A stretch of 64,000 nt of DNA. It comes from Squalus acanthias (Eukaryota). A program made the position numbers and the translations under genes. This document shows positions 1-10,225 of this stretch, in pieces. The DNA lies in assembly GCA_030390025.1 (NCBI GenBank), contig CM059432.1, positions 80,478,001-80,542,000 of the forward strand, written 5' to 3'. The notes under the pieces are model-generated. The model saw only the letters and a program-made list of their open reading frames with translations. It ran no database searches and was not told the origin of the DNA. Numbering within the stretch: the stretch's first letter is position 1; the number at the start of each line of letters is the position of its first letter.

Positions 1-905
1 TGGAGTTCCGGGAAAGATGGGCACAGATCTAGGAGGCAACAACATGTTTAAGGACTTTGAAGAGGAAAGGGAGGTTGGAGATGGGGTGGTAGTTTGCAAG
101 GGCGGAGGAGTCAAGGGTTGAGGAGAAGGGTGATGACGGCAGATTTTAAGGAGAGGGGACAGTACCTGAGGAGAGAGAATCATTAACAATATCAGCTAAC
201 ATGGGAACCAGGAAAGGAAGTTGGGTGGTCAGCAGTTTAGTGGAAATAGGTTGAGGGAGCAGGAATTGGGCCTCATGGTTGGAGATGAGCTTGGAGAGGA
301 CATGGAGGAGATCGGAGAGAAGCTGGAGAAAGATGCGAGTTCAGGGCTAGGGCAGGGGGGACCATAGAGGAAGTTTGGCCCGGTGGGCTAAGGGAAGGGA
401 GGGAAGTGGCAGAGGCAGCTGATCGAATGGTCTCAATCTTAGTGACAAAGAAGTCCATGAGCTCCTCACACTTGTTGGAGGTGAGGGTGGAGGAGACAGG
501 GGAGAGGGGTTTAAGAAGACGGTTAGCAGTAGAGAATAGGAGTCGGGGTCTATCTTTGCATTCCAGAATGATTCTGGAATAGTGAGCAATTTTGGCAGAC
601 AAGAGCAGGGCCCAATAGGGCTTTATGTGGTCCAGCCAGATGTGGCAGTGAATGGCTAAACCAGTTGGCCACCATATCCATTCAAGTCTGCGTCCCTTGG
701 ACTTAAGGGAGCAGAGATGGGGACCGTACCCGGGGAACGGCCAGTGTGAGAGAGAGTAATTGTTTTAATAGTGACTAGGGCATCAAAGGTGGAGGTGAGG
801 GTGTGGTTGAGATGATTGGTAGCTGCTGAAATGTCGTGGTGAATGAAGGGCCAAAGGCTGGACAGTTGGGATTTTGAAAGTGCAGTTGTAAGTGAATTGG
901 GAGAG
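1..905 (-). mobile_element. L2-clade LINE fragment (ORF2 EN-RT linker), degenerate
   Basis: ORF 273..602 (AKIAHYSRIILECKDRPRLLFSTANRLL...CEELMDFFVTKIETIR) resembles the L2 ORF2 region upstream of RT. Boundaries approximate. Confidence 0.7.
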
Positions 906-1446
906 CGTCTTTGACATCCTTTTGTAAAGTAGGGTTTCCAAAACTAGATACAGTCAGATTTCCTAAGATGCATCATCTTCCTGTCTAGTTTGAAGTTTTG
1001 CTCATCTTGTATCACACGTTGAATCTTTATGGTATCAAATTAACTATGACTATAGCAGGAAAATAAAAATATTGGGCCGTATTTTGCGACCCTTACGGGT
1101 GTGTACGAGGTGCGCACGCGCCCGTAGGGGCCGTGCAAGTTCCGGGTTTAGGCATGCGAAGCGCATGCGCGGAAACCCGGCACTTGCGATCTGTCAAGAA
1201 TCCTCTTGACAGATCCTCCGCATCCCCGGGTAAAGAGCCTCTGCGGGTGGAGAGTTGCGCTATTTGCTCAACCTCCGCCCACTGAAAGGCCGTGAAATTC
1301 TTACGCCTGGTAAATGCAGGCGTAAGGCCTGCTTTTACCAGCATAAGAGTTTTAAAAAATAGAAAAATAAAATTTTATCACTCACTTATACATTAATAAC
1401 CCTGTCCAATAAGGTAAGTTTATTTTTAGCCCCGTTAAAACATATA

Positions 1447-2891
1447 GGGCCGGATTTTCCGACCTCCACAGGTATGTAAGGCCTGCTTTTACCAGCATAA
1501 GAGTTTCAAAAAAAATTTTTTTTTCACTCATTTATAATTTAAAAATACTTTTAAAAAAGGTAAGTTTATTTTCAGCCCTGTAAAAAACTTTAATTATTTT
1601 TTTCAAAAAATAACATTTTTGTTTAAAATATTTAATTTAATGTAATTTTAACTTATTTTAAATACGTAGGGGTAAAAATTCAGTTGGTTGCGCCTCCCGT
1701 TAGCGCCTTAAGAGGGCGCTAATGGGGCGCAAAGCCGCTAACGCCCGGGCGCAGCGATGTTTGCGCCGCTCGGGAACTTAACTTGACATTGTGCGGCGGC
1801 GCTAAAACTTACCGCTGCGACCACCTGCGCGCGCAGATTGTGACGTCATTCCATGGTGCAACGCCCTTGTGGCGCCCCGGAGCGGAAATTGAGTGGCGCC
1901 CCCTGCCTTACCGCCTGGCGCATCCAACGACCAGAAGACTGGAACGCTATCAATCGCTGTGGGGCTGGGGGGGGGGGGGCGCTATTTAAAGGGAGCCTCT
2001 TCCTGCCTTTTATTGTTGGTGGCATTTTTGAACTACGCATTCTGAGAGAGAGAGGGAGAGACTTCTGGAGAGATTCAACGTTGTGTGAAGGAGTTTTGGG
2101 TACTGAGCAGCACTTTGCAGGTTCATTTTGATTTGCCATTCCTTGTATCGATTTAGCAGAGACTGTGGGAGCTGCACTCTGAGCTCTTTGCCTGGTACTC
2201 TCCATTGTTCTTTCCAGCACATTTGATGTGCAAGTCTCTCCAGGCCGAGATTCAAGGCTGCAATGAACAGGATGTGGATGGAAAGCAAGATTAACCATCC
2301 CCTTTAAGAACTGGCCCGTGCCATTGTGTGTGTGTTCCATTGCTGACTGACATTACATGAGCTTTGCCAGCGCGCTGAGTTAGCGCCTCACTCCTTGGCC
2401 TTTGCGCCTTAAGACAGGTGTGCAGCGCCTGCTTTAGCGCTCCACTCACCTCCCGGGGCGGTAAAAGTGAAGTTTCCAGTCAGTGCCGATAATTAGCGCC
2501 AGGCGCTAATATTTGCGTCCAGACGATATTTGCGCCCCAAATGGGGCGCGACCTAATTTCTACCCCGTAATGTTTTAAAAACATTTTTTTTAATGTTTAA
2601 CTGTTTTTTAAGTGATCCCCATTCATACTTTTGACAGATCTATGCGTAGAGACCTGTCAAAAGTGTGAAGGGGGATTCCCTTCTTTACTTGGTTCCCCAT
2701 GGCCCACGTGATCCCAGGGGCGCTATCGAACTGCCTGTGCCCCTGGAATACCTGGGCCTCTGCGCACGCGGACCAGGGGAGGCCCAGGATCGCAAGCCTC
2801 GGGACCTACGGAGCCAGCAGGTAGGTGCATAGATTTTTTTCCGATCGGAGGCATCCACCTGCAGGAAGCCTCCGATCGGAAATTCAGAGCC
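1447..2891. mobile_element. Harbinger-type MITE (A-related), nested in the previous element
   Basis: TIRs gggccggattttccga ... tcggaaattcagagcc. TSD ATA (1444-1446, 2892-2894). Confidence 0.8.
1669..2566 (+). mobile_element. Non-autonomous Harbinger element (family C), innermost of the nest
   Basis: TIRs ggggtaaaaatt ... aatttctacccc. TSD GTA. A full inverted copy lies at 57976-58858. Confidence 0.85.
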
Positions 2892-3027
2892 ATAATTTCC
2901 CCCCCCAAAAAATTACATTTTTGTTTAAAATATTTAATCAAATGCCATTTTAATTAATTTTGTATATGTAATGATTTAAAAATTTTATTTCATGTGTTTG
3001 TGTATTTTTTAAGTCATCTCCATTCAT

Positions 3028-6000
3028 TGAGTCACAGAGTCAGAGTTATACAGCACAGAAAGAGGCCCTTCGGCTCATCGTGTCCGTGCCAGCCATCAAG
3101 CCCTGTCTATTCTAATCCCATTTTCCAGCACTTGGTCCGTAGCCTTGTATGCTATGGCGTTTCAAGTGCTCATCTAAATGCTTATTGAATGTTGTGAGGG
3201 TTCCTGCCTCTACCACCCTTTCAGGCAGTGAGTTCCAGATTCCAACCACCCTCTGGGTGAAAAGGTTTTTCCTCAAATCCCCTCTAAACCTCCGGCCCTT
3301 TACCTTGAAGCTATGCCCCTGGTTATTGACCCCTCTACTAAGGGGAAAAGTTCCTTTCTATCTACCCTATCTATGCCCCTCATAATTTTGTACACCTCAA
3401 TCAGGTCCCCCCTCAGCCTTCTCTGCTCTAAGGAAAACAACCCCAGCCTGTCCAGTCTCTCTTCATAGCTGACGCGCTCCAGCCCAGGTAACATCCTGGT
3501 GAATCTCCTCTGCACTGCAATCACATCCTTCCTATAGTGTGGCGATCAGAACTGCACACAGTATTCCAGCTGTGGCCTAACTAGCGTTTTGAACAGCTCC
3601 ATCATAACCTCCCTGCTATTATATTCTATGCCTCGGCTAATGAAGGCAAGTATCCCACATGCCTTTTTAACCACCTTATCTACTTGTTCTGCTGCCTTCA
3701 GGGATCTATGTACATGCACACCAAGGTCCCTCTGATCCTCTGTCCTTCCTAGGATCATACCATTCATTGTGTATTCCCTTGCCTTGTTAGTCCTCCCAAA
3801 ATGCATCACCTTACACTTTTCAGGGTTAAATTCCATTTGCCACTGTTCTGCCCATCTAACCAACCCATCTATATCGTCCTGTAGCCTGAGGCTTCCCTCC
3901 TCACTATTTACCACTCCACCAATTTTTGTGTCATCTGCGAACTTACTGATCATACCTTCTACATTCATATCTAAATCATTAATGTACACTACAACAGCAA
4001 AGGACCCAGCACCGATCCCTGCGGTACACCACTGGACACAGGCTTCCAGTCACAAAAACAAACTTCGACTATCACCCTCTGCCTCCTGCCACTAAGCCAA
4101 TTTTTGACCCAATGTGCCAAGTTGCCCTGGATCCCATGGGCTCTTACCTTCTTGACCAGTCTCCCATGTGGGACTTTGTCAAAAGTCTTACTGAAGTCCA
4201 TGTAGACCACATCAACTGCACTACCCTCATCCACACACCTAGTCACCCCCTTGAAAAATTCAATCAAATTGGTTAGACATGATCTCCCCCTGACAAAGCT
4301 ATGCTGACTATCCTTGATTAATCCTTGCCTCTCCAAGTGGAGACTAAATCTGTCCCTCAGAATTTTTTCCAATAATTTCCCTACCACTGATGTTAGGCTC
4401 ACTGGCCTGTAATTCCCTGGTTTATCCCTACTACCCTTTTTGAATAATGGTACTACATTGGCTGTCCTCCAGTCCTGTGGCACCTCACCTGTGGCCAGAG
4501 AGGTTCTGAAAATTTGTGTCAGAGCCCCTGCAATCTCCTCCCTTGCCTCACACAGCAGCCTGGGATACATCTCGTCTGGTCCTGGGGATTTATCCACTTT
4601 TAAGCCCACTAAAACTGCTAGTACCTCCTCCCTCTCAATACTAATTTGTTCAAGTATATCAAAATCCCCCTGCCTGATTTCTATGCCTACATCGTCCTTC
4701 TCCATAGTGAACACAGATGCAAAATATTCATTTAAAACCTCACCTACATCTTCCGGCTCTACACACAGATTGCCACTTTGGTCCCTAATGGGGCCTACTC
4801 TTTCCCTGGTTATCCTCTTGCCCTTAATATACTTATAAAACACGTTGGGATTTTCCTTTATTTTGCCCGCCAGTGTTTTTTCATGCCCCCTCTTCGCTCT
4901 CCTAATTTCTTTTTTAAGTACCCCCCTGCACTTTCTATACTCCTCTAGGGCTTCCACTGTTTTTAGTCCTTTGTATCTGCCAAAAGCCTCCCTTTTTTCC
5001 CCTAATCCATTCTTGTATATCCCTTATGGGCTTGTTGGTCCCACCCTTGACTTTTACAGGAACATGTTGGCGTTGTACTCGCTCTAATTCCTTTCTGAAA
5101 GACTCCCACTGCTCTGATGTGGGTTTTCCTACAAGTAGCTGATCCCAGTGCACTTTGGCCAGATCCTGCATTATCATATTAAAATCGGCCTTCCCCCAAT
5201 TTAGAATCTTTATCCTTTTCCATGACTACCTTAAATCTCACCGAATTATGGTCACTGTCACCAAAATGGTCTCCTACTGACACTTCTACCACTTGCCTGG
5301 CTACATTCCCTAGAATTAGGTCCAGTACCGCCCCTCTCTTGTAGGACTTTCTACATGCTGGCTCAAAAAGCTCTCCTGGATGCATTTTAAGAATTCCGCA
5401 CCCTCTAAGCCTTTCACACTCTGACTATCCCAGTTAATATTGGGGAAGTTGAAATCCCCTACGATTATTACCCTATTATTTCTACACTTCTCAGATTTGG
5501 CTACATATCTGTTCCTATTCTCCCCCTGACTGTTTGGAGGCCTATAGTACACTCCCAGCAAAGTGCTTGCCCCCTTTTTCGTTTTTAAGTTCTACCCATA
5601 TGGCCTCATTCGAGGAACCTGCTAAGATATCATCCCTCCTTACAGCAGTAATTGACTCCTTGATTAACATTGCAACACCCCCTCCTCTTTTACACCCCCC
5701 TCTGTCTCGCCTGAAGATTCTATACCCCGGAATATTGAGCTGCCAGTCCTGCCCCTCCCTCAACCATGTCTCTGTGATAGCAACAATATCAGACTCCCAT
5801 GTGTTCATCAACACCTTCAATCCATCTACCTTACTCACAAGACTCCTTGCATTAAAATAAATGCCATCCAGCCTTGCCATACTCCCTTGTGCCGTTACAT
5901 ATTTGCTCTGCCTTCCAGGCTGACTTGTTTTTTCCTCTATATTTGGCTATGCATCACCCCCTACTATAGCGCCACTCCGTATCCCGTCCCCCTGCCAAGT

Positions 6001-7573
6001 TAGTTTAAACCCCCCCCCTGCAACAGTATTAGCAAACCTCCCCGCAAGGATGTTGGTCCCGTTCCGGTTCAGGTGCAACCCATCCGACTTGTACAGGTCC
6101 CACCTTCCCCAGAAGCAGACCCAGTGATCCAGGAAACTAAAGCCCTCCCTCCTGCACCAACTCTTTAGCCACGCATTCATCTGCTCTATCCTTCTATTCC
6201 TATACTCACTATTACGTGGCACCGGGAGTAATCCAGAGATTACAACCTTTGAGGTCCTGCTTTTTAATCTGCTACCTAGCTCCCTAAATTCTTGTTGCAG
6301 GACCTCATCCCTCTTTCTACCCATGTCGTTGGTACCATTGTGAACCACGAACTCTGACTGTTCGCCCTCCCCCTTCAGAATACCCTGCAGCCATTCAGTG
6401 ACATCCTTGACCCTGGCACCAGGGAGGCAACATACCATCCTGGAGTCACCTCTGCGGCCACAGAAACGTCTGTCTGTTCCCCTTACGATTGAATCCCCTA
6501 TCACTATTGCTCTCCCACACTTTTTCCTCCCCTCCTGTGTAGCTGAGCCACTCGTAGTGCCACGGACTTGGCTCTTGCTGCATTCCCCTGAGAAACCATC
6601 TCCCCCATTAGTATCCAAAACGGAAAATCTGTCGGAGAGGGAGATGGACCCAGGGGACTCCTGCACTACCTTCCTAGTTCTTTTACTCTGTCTGGCGGTC
6701 ACCCATTTCCAGTCTGCCTGTGCACTCTTTACCTGCGGTGTGACCACCTCGTTAAACATGCTATCCACGAAGATCTCAGCTTCACAGATGCTCCACAGTG
6801 ACTCCAGCCGCAGCTCCAGCTCCGAAATGCAGAGTTCAAGTAGCTGCAGCTGGAGACACTTCCTGCACATGTGTTCGCCCTGGACACCAAAAGTGCCCCT
6901 GACTTCCCACATAGCACAGGAGGAACACTCCACGCTGCTGAGCTGCCCTGCCATGTCCTACCCTTAATTTACTCCCTTTACTTCCTTTAAATTAAAGAAT
7001 ATTAAATACACTAGGGACCTTACTTCCCTTTAAACACTACTTACTCTAAACTAGAGACCTTACTTTTACTTTAACAACTGGACTGTAGAAATACTCACCG
7101 CTGGTTCTCTATACCCTCTTGTGCAGCTTTTTAGCTCCTGCTCTCCTAGAAGGTGACAAAGATAGAAAAAGAAAGGAACACCTCCCTCCCCGAACTCACT
7201 CCCCGAACTCACTCACCAAACTCACTCACCAAACTCACAGCTTAACACTCTGTTCCAATCTGCACTCCGTGACAAACTTCACTCTAGCCTCCCTTATTTA
7301 TACTGCTGAGATTTAAATAAGTGAGCTCTCTGGCAGTTACAGAACCAGATTAGACCAGTTAATTAATTAATTACTCTCACCTGCTCTCCAGCACAGAGCT
7401 TGCTTAGCCCTGCCCAAGCCTGGAAGAAACTTAAAACTTGAAACAGTAAATTTAAATGCTAATTGCAAGCACACAAGACTAGATTTTATTAAAAAAAAGA
7501 GATTAACCTTTAAGATTCACTCCCTCACTCACCAAACTCGCAGCTTAACACTCTGTTCAGATCTGCTCTCCGT
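3028..7573 (-). mobile_element. Near full-length CR1 LINE (5' UTR, ORF1, disrupted ORF2, actct-type tail)
   Basis: ORF2 pieces 5880 to 3300 carry APE motifs (YFNARS, ITETW, GDFN, SDH) and RT motifs (YRPVSL, GVPQGSVLGP, FADD), broken by stops and frameshifts. Short tandem 3' tail at about 3028-3048. Confidence 0.95.
5947..6954 (-). CDS. CR1 ORF1p (CxxC...CxxC zinc finger, coiled coil, SGNH esterase), open 335 aa
   Basis: CSSC...CRKC, then a leucine heptad region, then VIGDSIVR, GTND and DGLHLN, which are the SGNH/GDSL esterase blocks typical of CR1 ORF1. Confidence 0.88.
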   Translation of the reverse strand: MAGQLSSVECSSCAMWEVRGTFGVQGEHMCRKCLQLQLLELCISELELRLESLWSICEAEIFVDSMFNEVVTPQVKSAQADWKWVTARQSKRTRKVVQESPGSISLSDRFSVLDTNGGDGFSGECSKSQVRGTTSGSATQEGRKKCGRAIVIGDSIVRGTDRRFCGRRGDSRMVCCLPGARVKDVTEWLQGILKGEGEQSEFVVHNGTNDMGRKRDEVLQQEFRELGSRLKSRTSKVVISGLLPVPRNSEYRNRRIEQMNAWLKSWCRREGFSFLDHWVCFWGRWDLYKSDGLHLNRNGTNILAGRFANTVAGGGFKLTWQGDGIRSGAIVGGDA

Positions 7574-8106
7574 ACGTACAGAACTGTCAAAAGTATGAAT
7601 GGGGATTCCCTTCTTTCATTGGTTGGGCTGGCCCACGTGATCCCGGGGCCTTTGCGAACTGCATGCGCCCCTGGGATACGTGGGTCTCTGCGCATTTCAA
7701 CCAGGAGAGGCCCAGGATCGCAAGCCTCCGTATCTCCCGGACCACCAGGTAAATACGTAGAAAAGTTGATGATCGGAGGCATCTGCCCGCGGGAAGCCTC
7801 CAATCGCAAATTCAGCTCCATTATATTTTTCTCATTGGCTCAAATAAGAACTTAAACATACTAATTTGCTGAAATATGGATCAGCAAAGAAGTTAACTTT
7901 AAGGCTTCAATGTCAGCCAATCACATAGCTGAATTTATTTTTTCAAAGTGGCTCCACTCATTATTTTTATTTCTGATCCAACTGAATATATACCCTTTAT
8001 AACAATCAAACCCATGAACAAATTATATTTTATGAAAGTTACTCATATATTTCCCTCTGTGGTATTCCGCATTGTTACTTTACCATTTCTCTATCAGACC
8101 CATTCT

Positions 8107-8247
8107 CGGGTACGGTAGCATAGTGCTTATGTTATTGGGCTAGTAAGCCAGAGGCCTGGACTAATGATCTGGATGGGAACATGAGTTCAAATCCCACCAC
8201 GGCAGCTGGGGAATTTAAATTCAGTTAATTAAATTTAGAAACTCAGC
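8107..8247 (+). mobile_element. tRNA-derived SINE head (3'-truncated)
   Basis: A-box tagcatagtg and B-box gagttcaaatc. Same head family as 39810-40038 and about 52010-52349. Confidence 0.75.
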
Positions 8248-9021
8248 TGTGGAGCCCCTGTTGAGATTAGATGCAACCAGGATATTTCTGTCCACTTATA
8301 CACTATGTATCTCAGGGCAAAACAATAAAAACCCTCTTTCCTTACCTTTTATCATTTCATCTGTAAGCAATGCCATGGAAGATGCATTAGTGTTTGTAAC
8401 ATTTATTTATTGTTATGATATTGTTCTAAAAGGTACAGCACATATTTTATTTTAAGTCCTGTATGGTGTTGAAAGTAAGTTTATATTCATGCTGGTGCTT
8501 TCAAATATCATTTGCAGCAACTATAAATCAAATTGAGTATTTCATCCTGTATTGTTTTTTTCATTAGAATAGCTGGTAATGCATTGCATATGCTATGCAT
8601 TCGTTTAAAGTTCAAAAGATTCAAGCTGGATGTGCTTAATTTTATAGTTCAGTGTTCTCTGATGATTAATTTTGATTTTAAAACTTTTCATTGTGTAAAC
8701 AGTATCCCAAAAATGGGAGTCACAGAATAAAAAGCATAACATGGTATGTATTTAAAAATGCGCAGAATAGTATCCAGACTCTGTTACTCTGCAGTTATCT
8801 CCAAGAGGTCTGTTTAGTGCATGGTAACGTTAGAGATTAAAATTGGTCCAAGGTAGTGGTCTCAGATTATGATCAGACTTTTCCTATACAGTGCAACTTT
8901 TGTGGTTGTTTTCTAATTTCCCTGTATAGATACAAGTCGCAATAATGCACCATGAACTATTAATATACTTTAGTCTGAGGTTATATGGTTAGGTACAGTG
9001 GTGTTGATCATCTGACACATA

Positions 9022-9660
9022 AGCCCTGATTTTAACCCAACTCACATGGGGTGGACGGGTTGTTAAAATGGCAGTCGCACCACATTCTTGACGAGTTCCC
9101 GATCCCGCCATTTTAACCAGGCAGAGTTTCAACAGCAGGGCAGGGGCCTACTTAACATAATGAAGTCATGGCCCATTCATGTCATTGGTGCTGTGTTGTC
9201 ATTTTATATCTGGAAATTGGAAGGCCTACACGGCACCAAGACCACCAGTGAAACCTGGGGGAAGCAGCATAGTGACCAGAAGAAGCCAAGGTAAGTTTTC
9301 TTTAAATTTCCGTGAGGTTTCCTTGTGGGCTAGGAGCAGCAAGAGTGCGCCTCCAGTACCCGCAAGGAATTCTTGGACCTCCCCAGCCCCTGCTTTCCCT
9401 CTCCCTCTCAGCACCGACACTGTTGGTAACTCCTTCTCCCCCTGCAAGCATTAACCTTATGCTGGGGATGATTCCCTTGGATCCCGGTGACGTCCAGCTC
9501 CTGCATGCTGATGTTGACGTCATTCCCGCCGACTTCGGGTCGGAGACAATTTAACGCTATCTAAATGAGGCCCAAGAGTTAAAATCGCCTGGGCCTTAAG
9601 CTTTGGGGGATTGGATGGCTTGCAGCCTGCTTTGGTCCTCATACCTCCGATTACTGTCCC
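9022..9660. mobile_element. Degenerate Harbinger-type MITE
   Basis: Starts gccctgattttaacc. Carries the reverse of the ctcctgctcctcctggcccacaag block shared with 18393-19287 and 25506-26170. Right end unclear. Confidence 0.5.
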
Positions 9661-10112
9661 AGTGTGGGATTTCCAATTCACATATTAGTCGTCCAGTGTC
9701 AAAGTGAAATTGCAAAACTATTACTGATTAATGAGCAATTTTGTGGTATACTCCTGACGACTGGGAATTAGAGTGAGTTTGCATAAACCAAATTCACTTA
9801 GGACCTGTAATAACCATCAGACAAAGTCGATTTCCATTAGTGAAAGAACAGTGTACTGTCTGCTGTAATGGGCATCTCCCATTCATAGCATCGTAATACT
9901 CTCCAAAAACATCAGTTCAGATTAAATACTGTTCCCATAAGTAAAGGAATTCTTATATTAAATAATAAATTAAGATGGTGTACTCATAGCTCAGATTTAA
10001 ATTAATACTCCATAAACTCACTTCATAATATGATTGGAATGCACTCAGTGAAAAGGAGGTAATCTAAGTTTCTGACCTAAATGAATAAAGGGTGCTGTCA
10101 TTACATTTTCAG

Positions 10113-10225
10113 GCGATTAAAGAACACCTCACACCCTAAGAAAGTGGCTGATGGACACCGATACCTTTTTCGTGGCAGAATAAATACAGAGGTCATGGAA
10201 GTGGAAAATGTGGATGATGGAACAG
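10113..10225 (+). CDS. PREX2: PREX2 internal exon (PH domain), 113 bp
   Basis: Acceptor ttttcAG, donor GTattt. Encodes [37 protein letters not shown], recognisable as the P-Rex2 PH domain. Phase fits the next exon. Confidence 0.95.

Larger units (their letters stand above)
1074..7819. mobile_element. Harbinger-type MITE (family A), outer host of a nest
   Basis: TIRs gggccgtattttgcga ... tcgcaaattcagctcc. TSD ATT (1071-1073, 7820-7822). Own sequence is 1074-1446, 2892-3027 and about 7572-7819. Confidence 0.8.

Noticed and set aside
1846..2340. 164-aa ORF shared with 58202-58564 as a novel protein
   Set aside because: The similarity reflects two copies of one MITE, and the frames diverge after the microsatellite.
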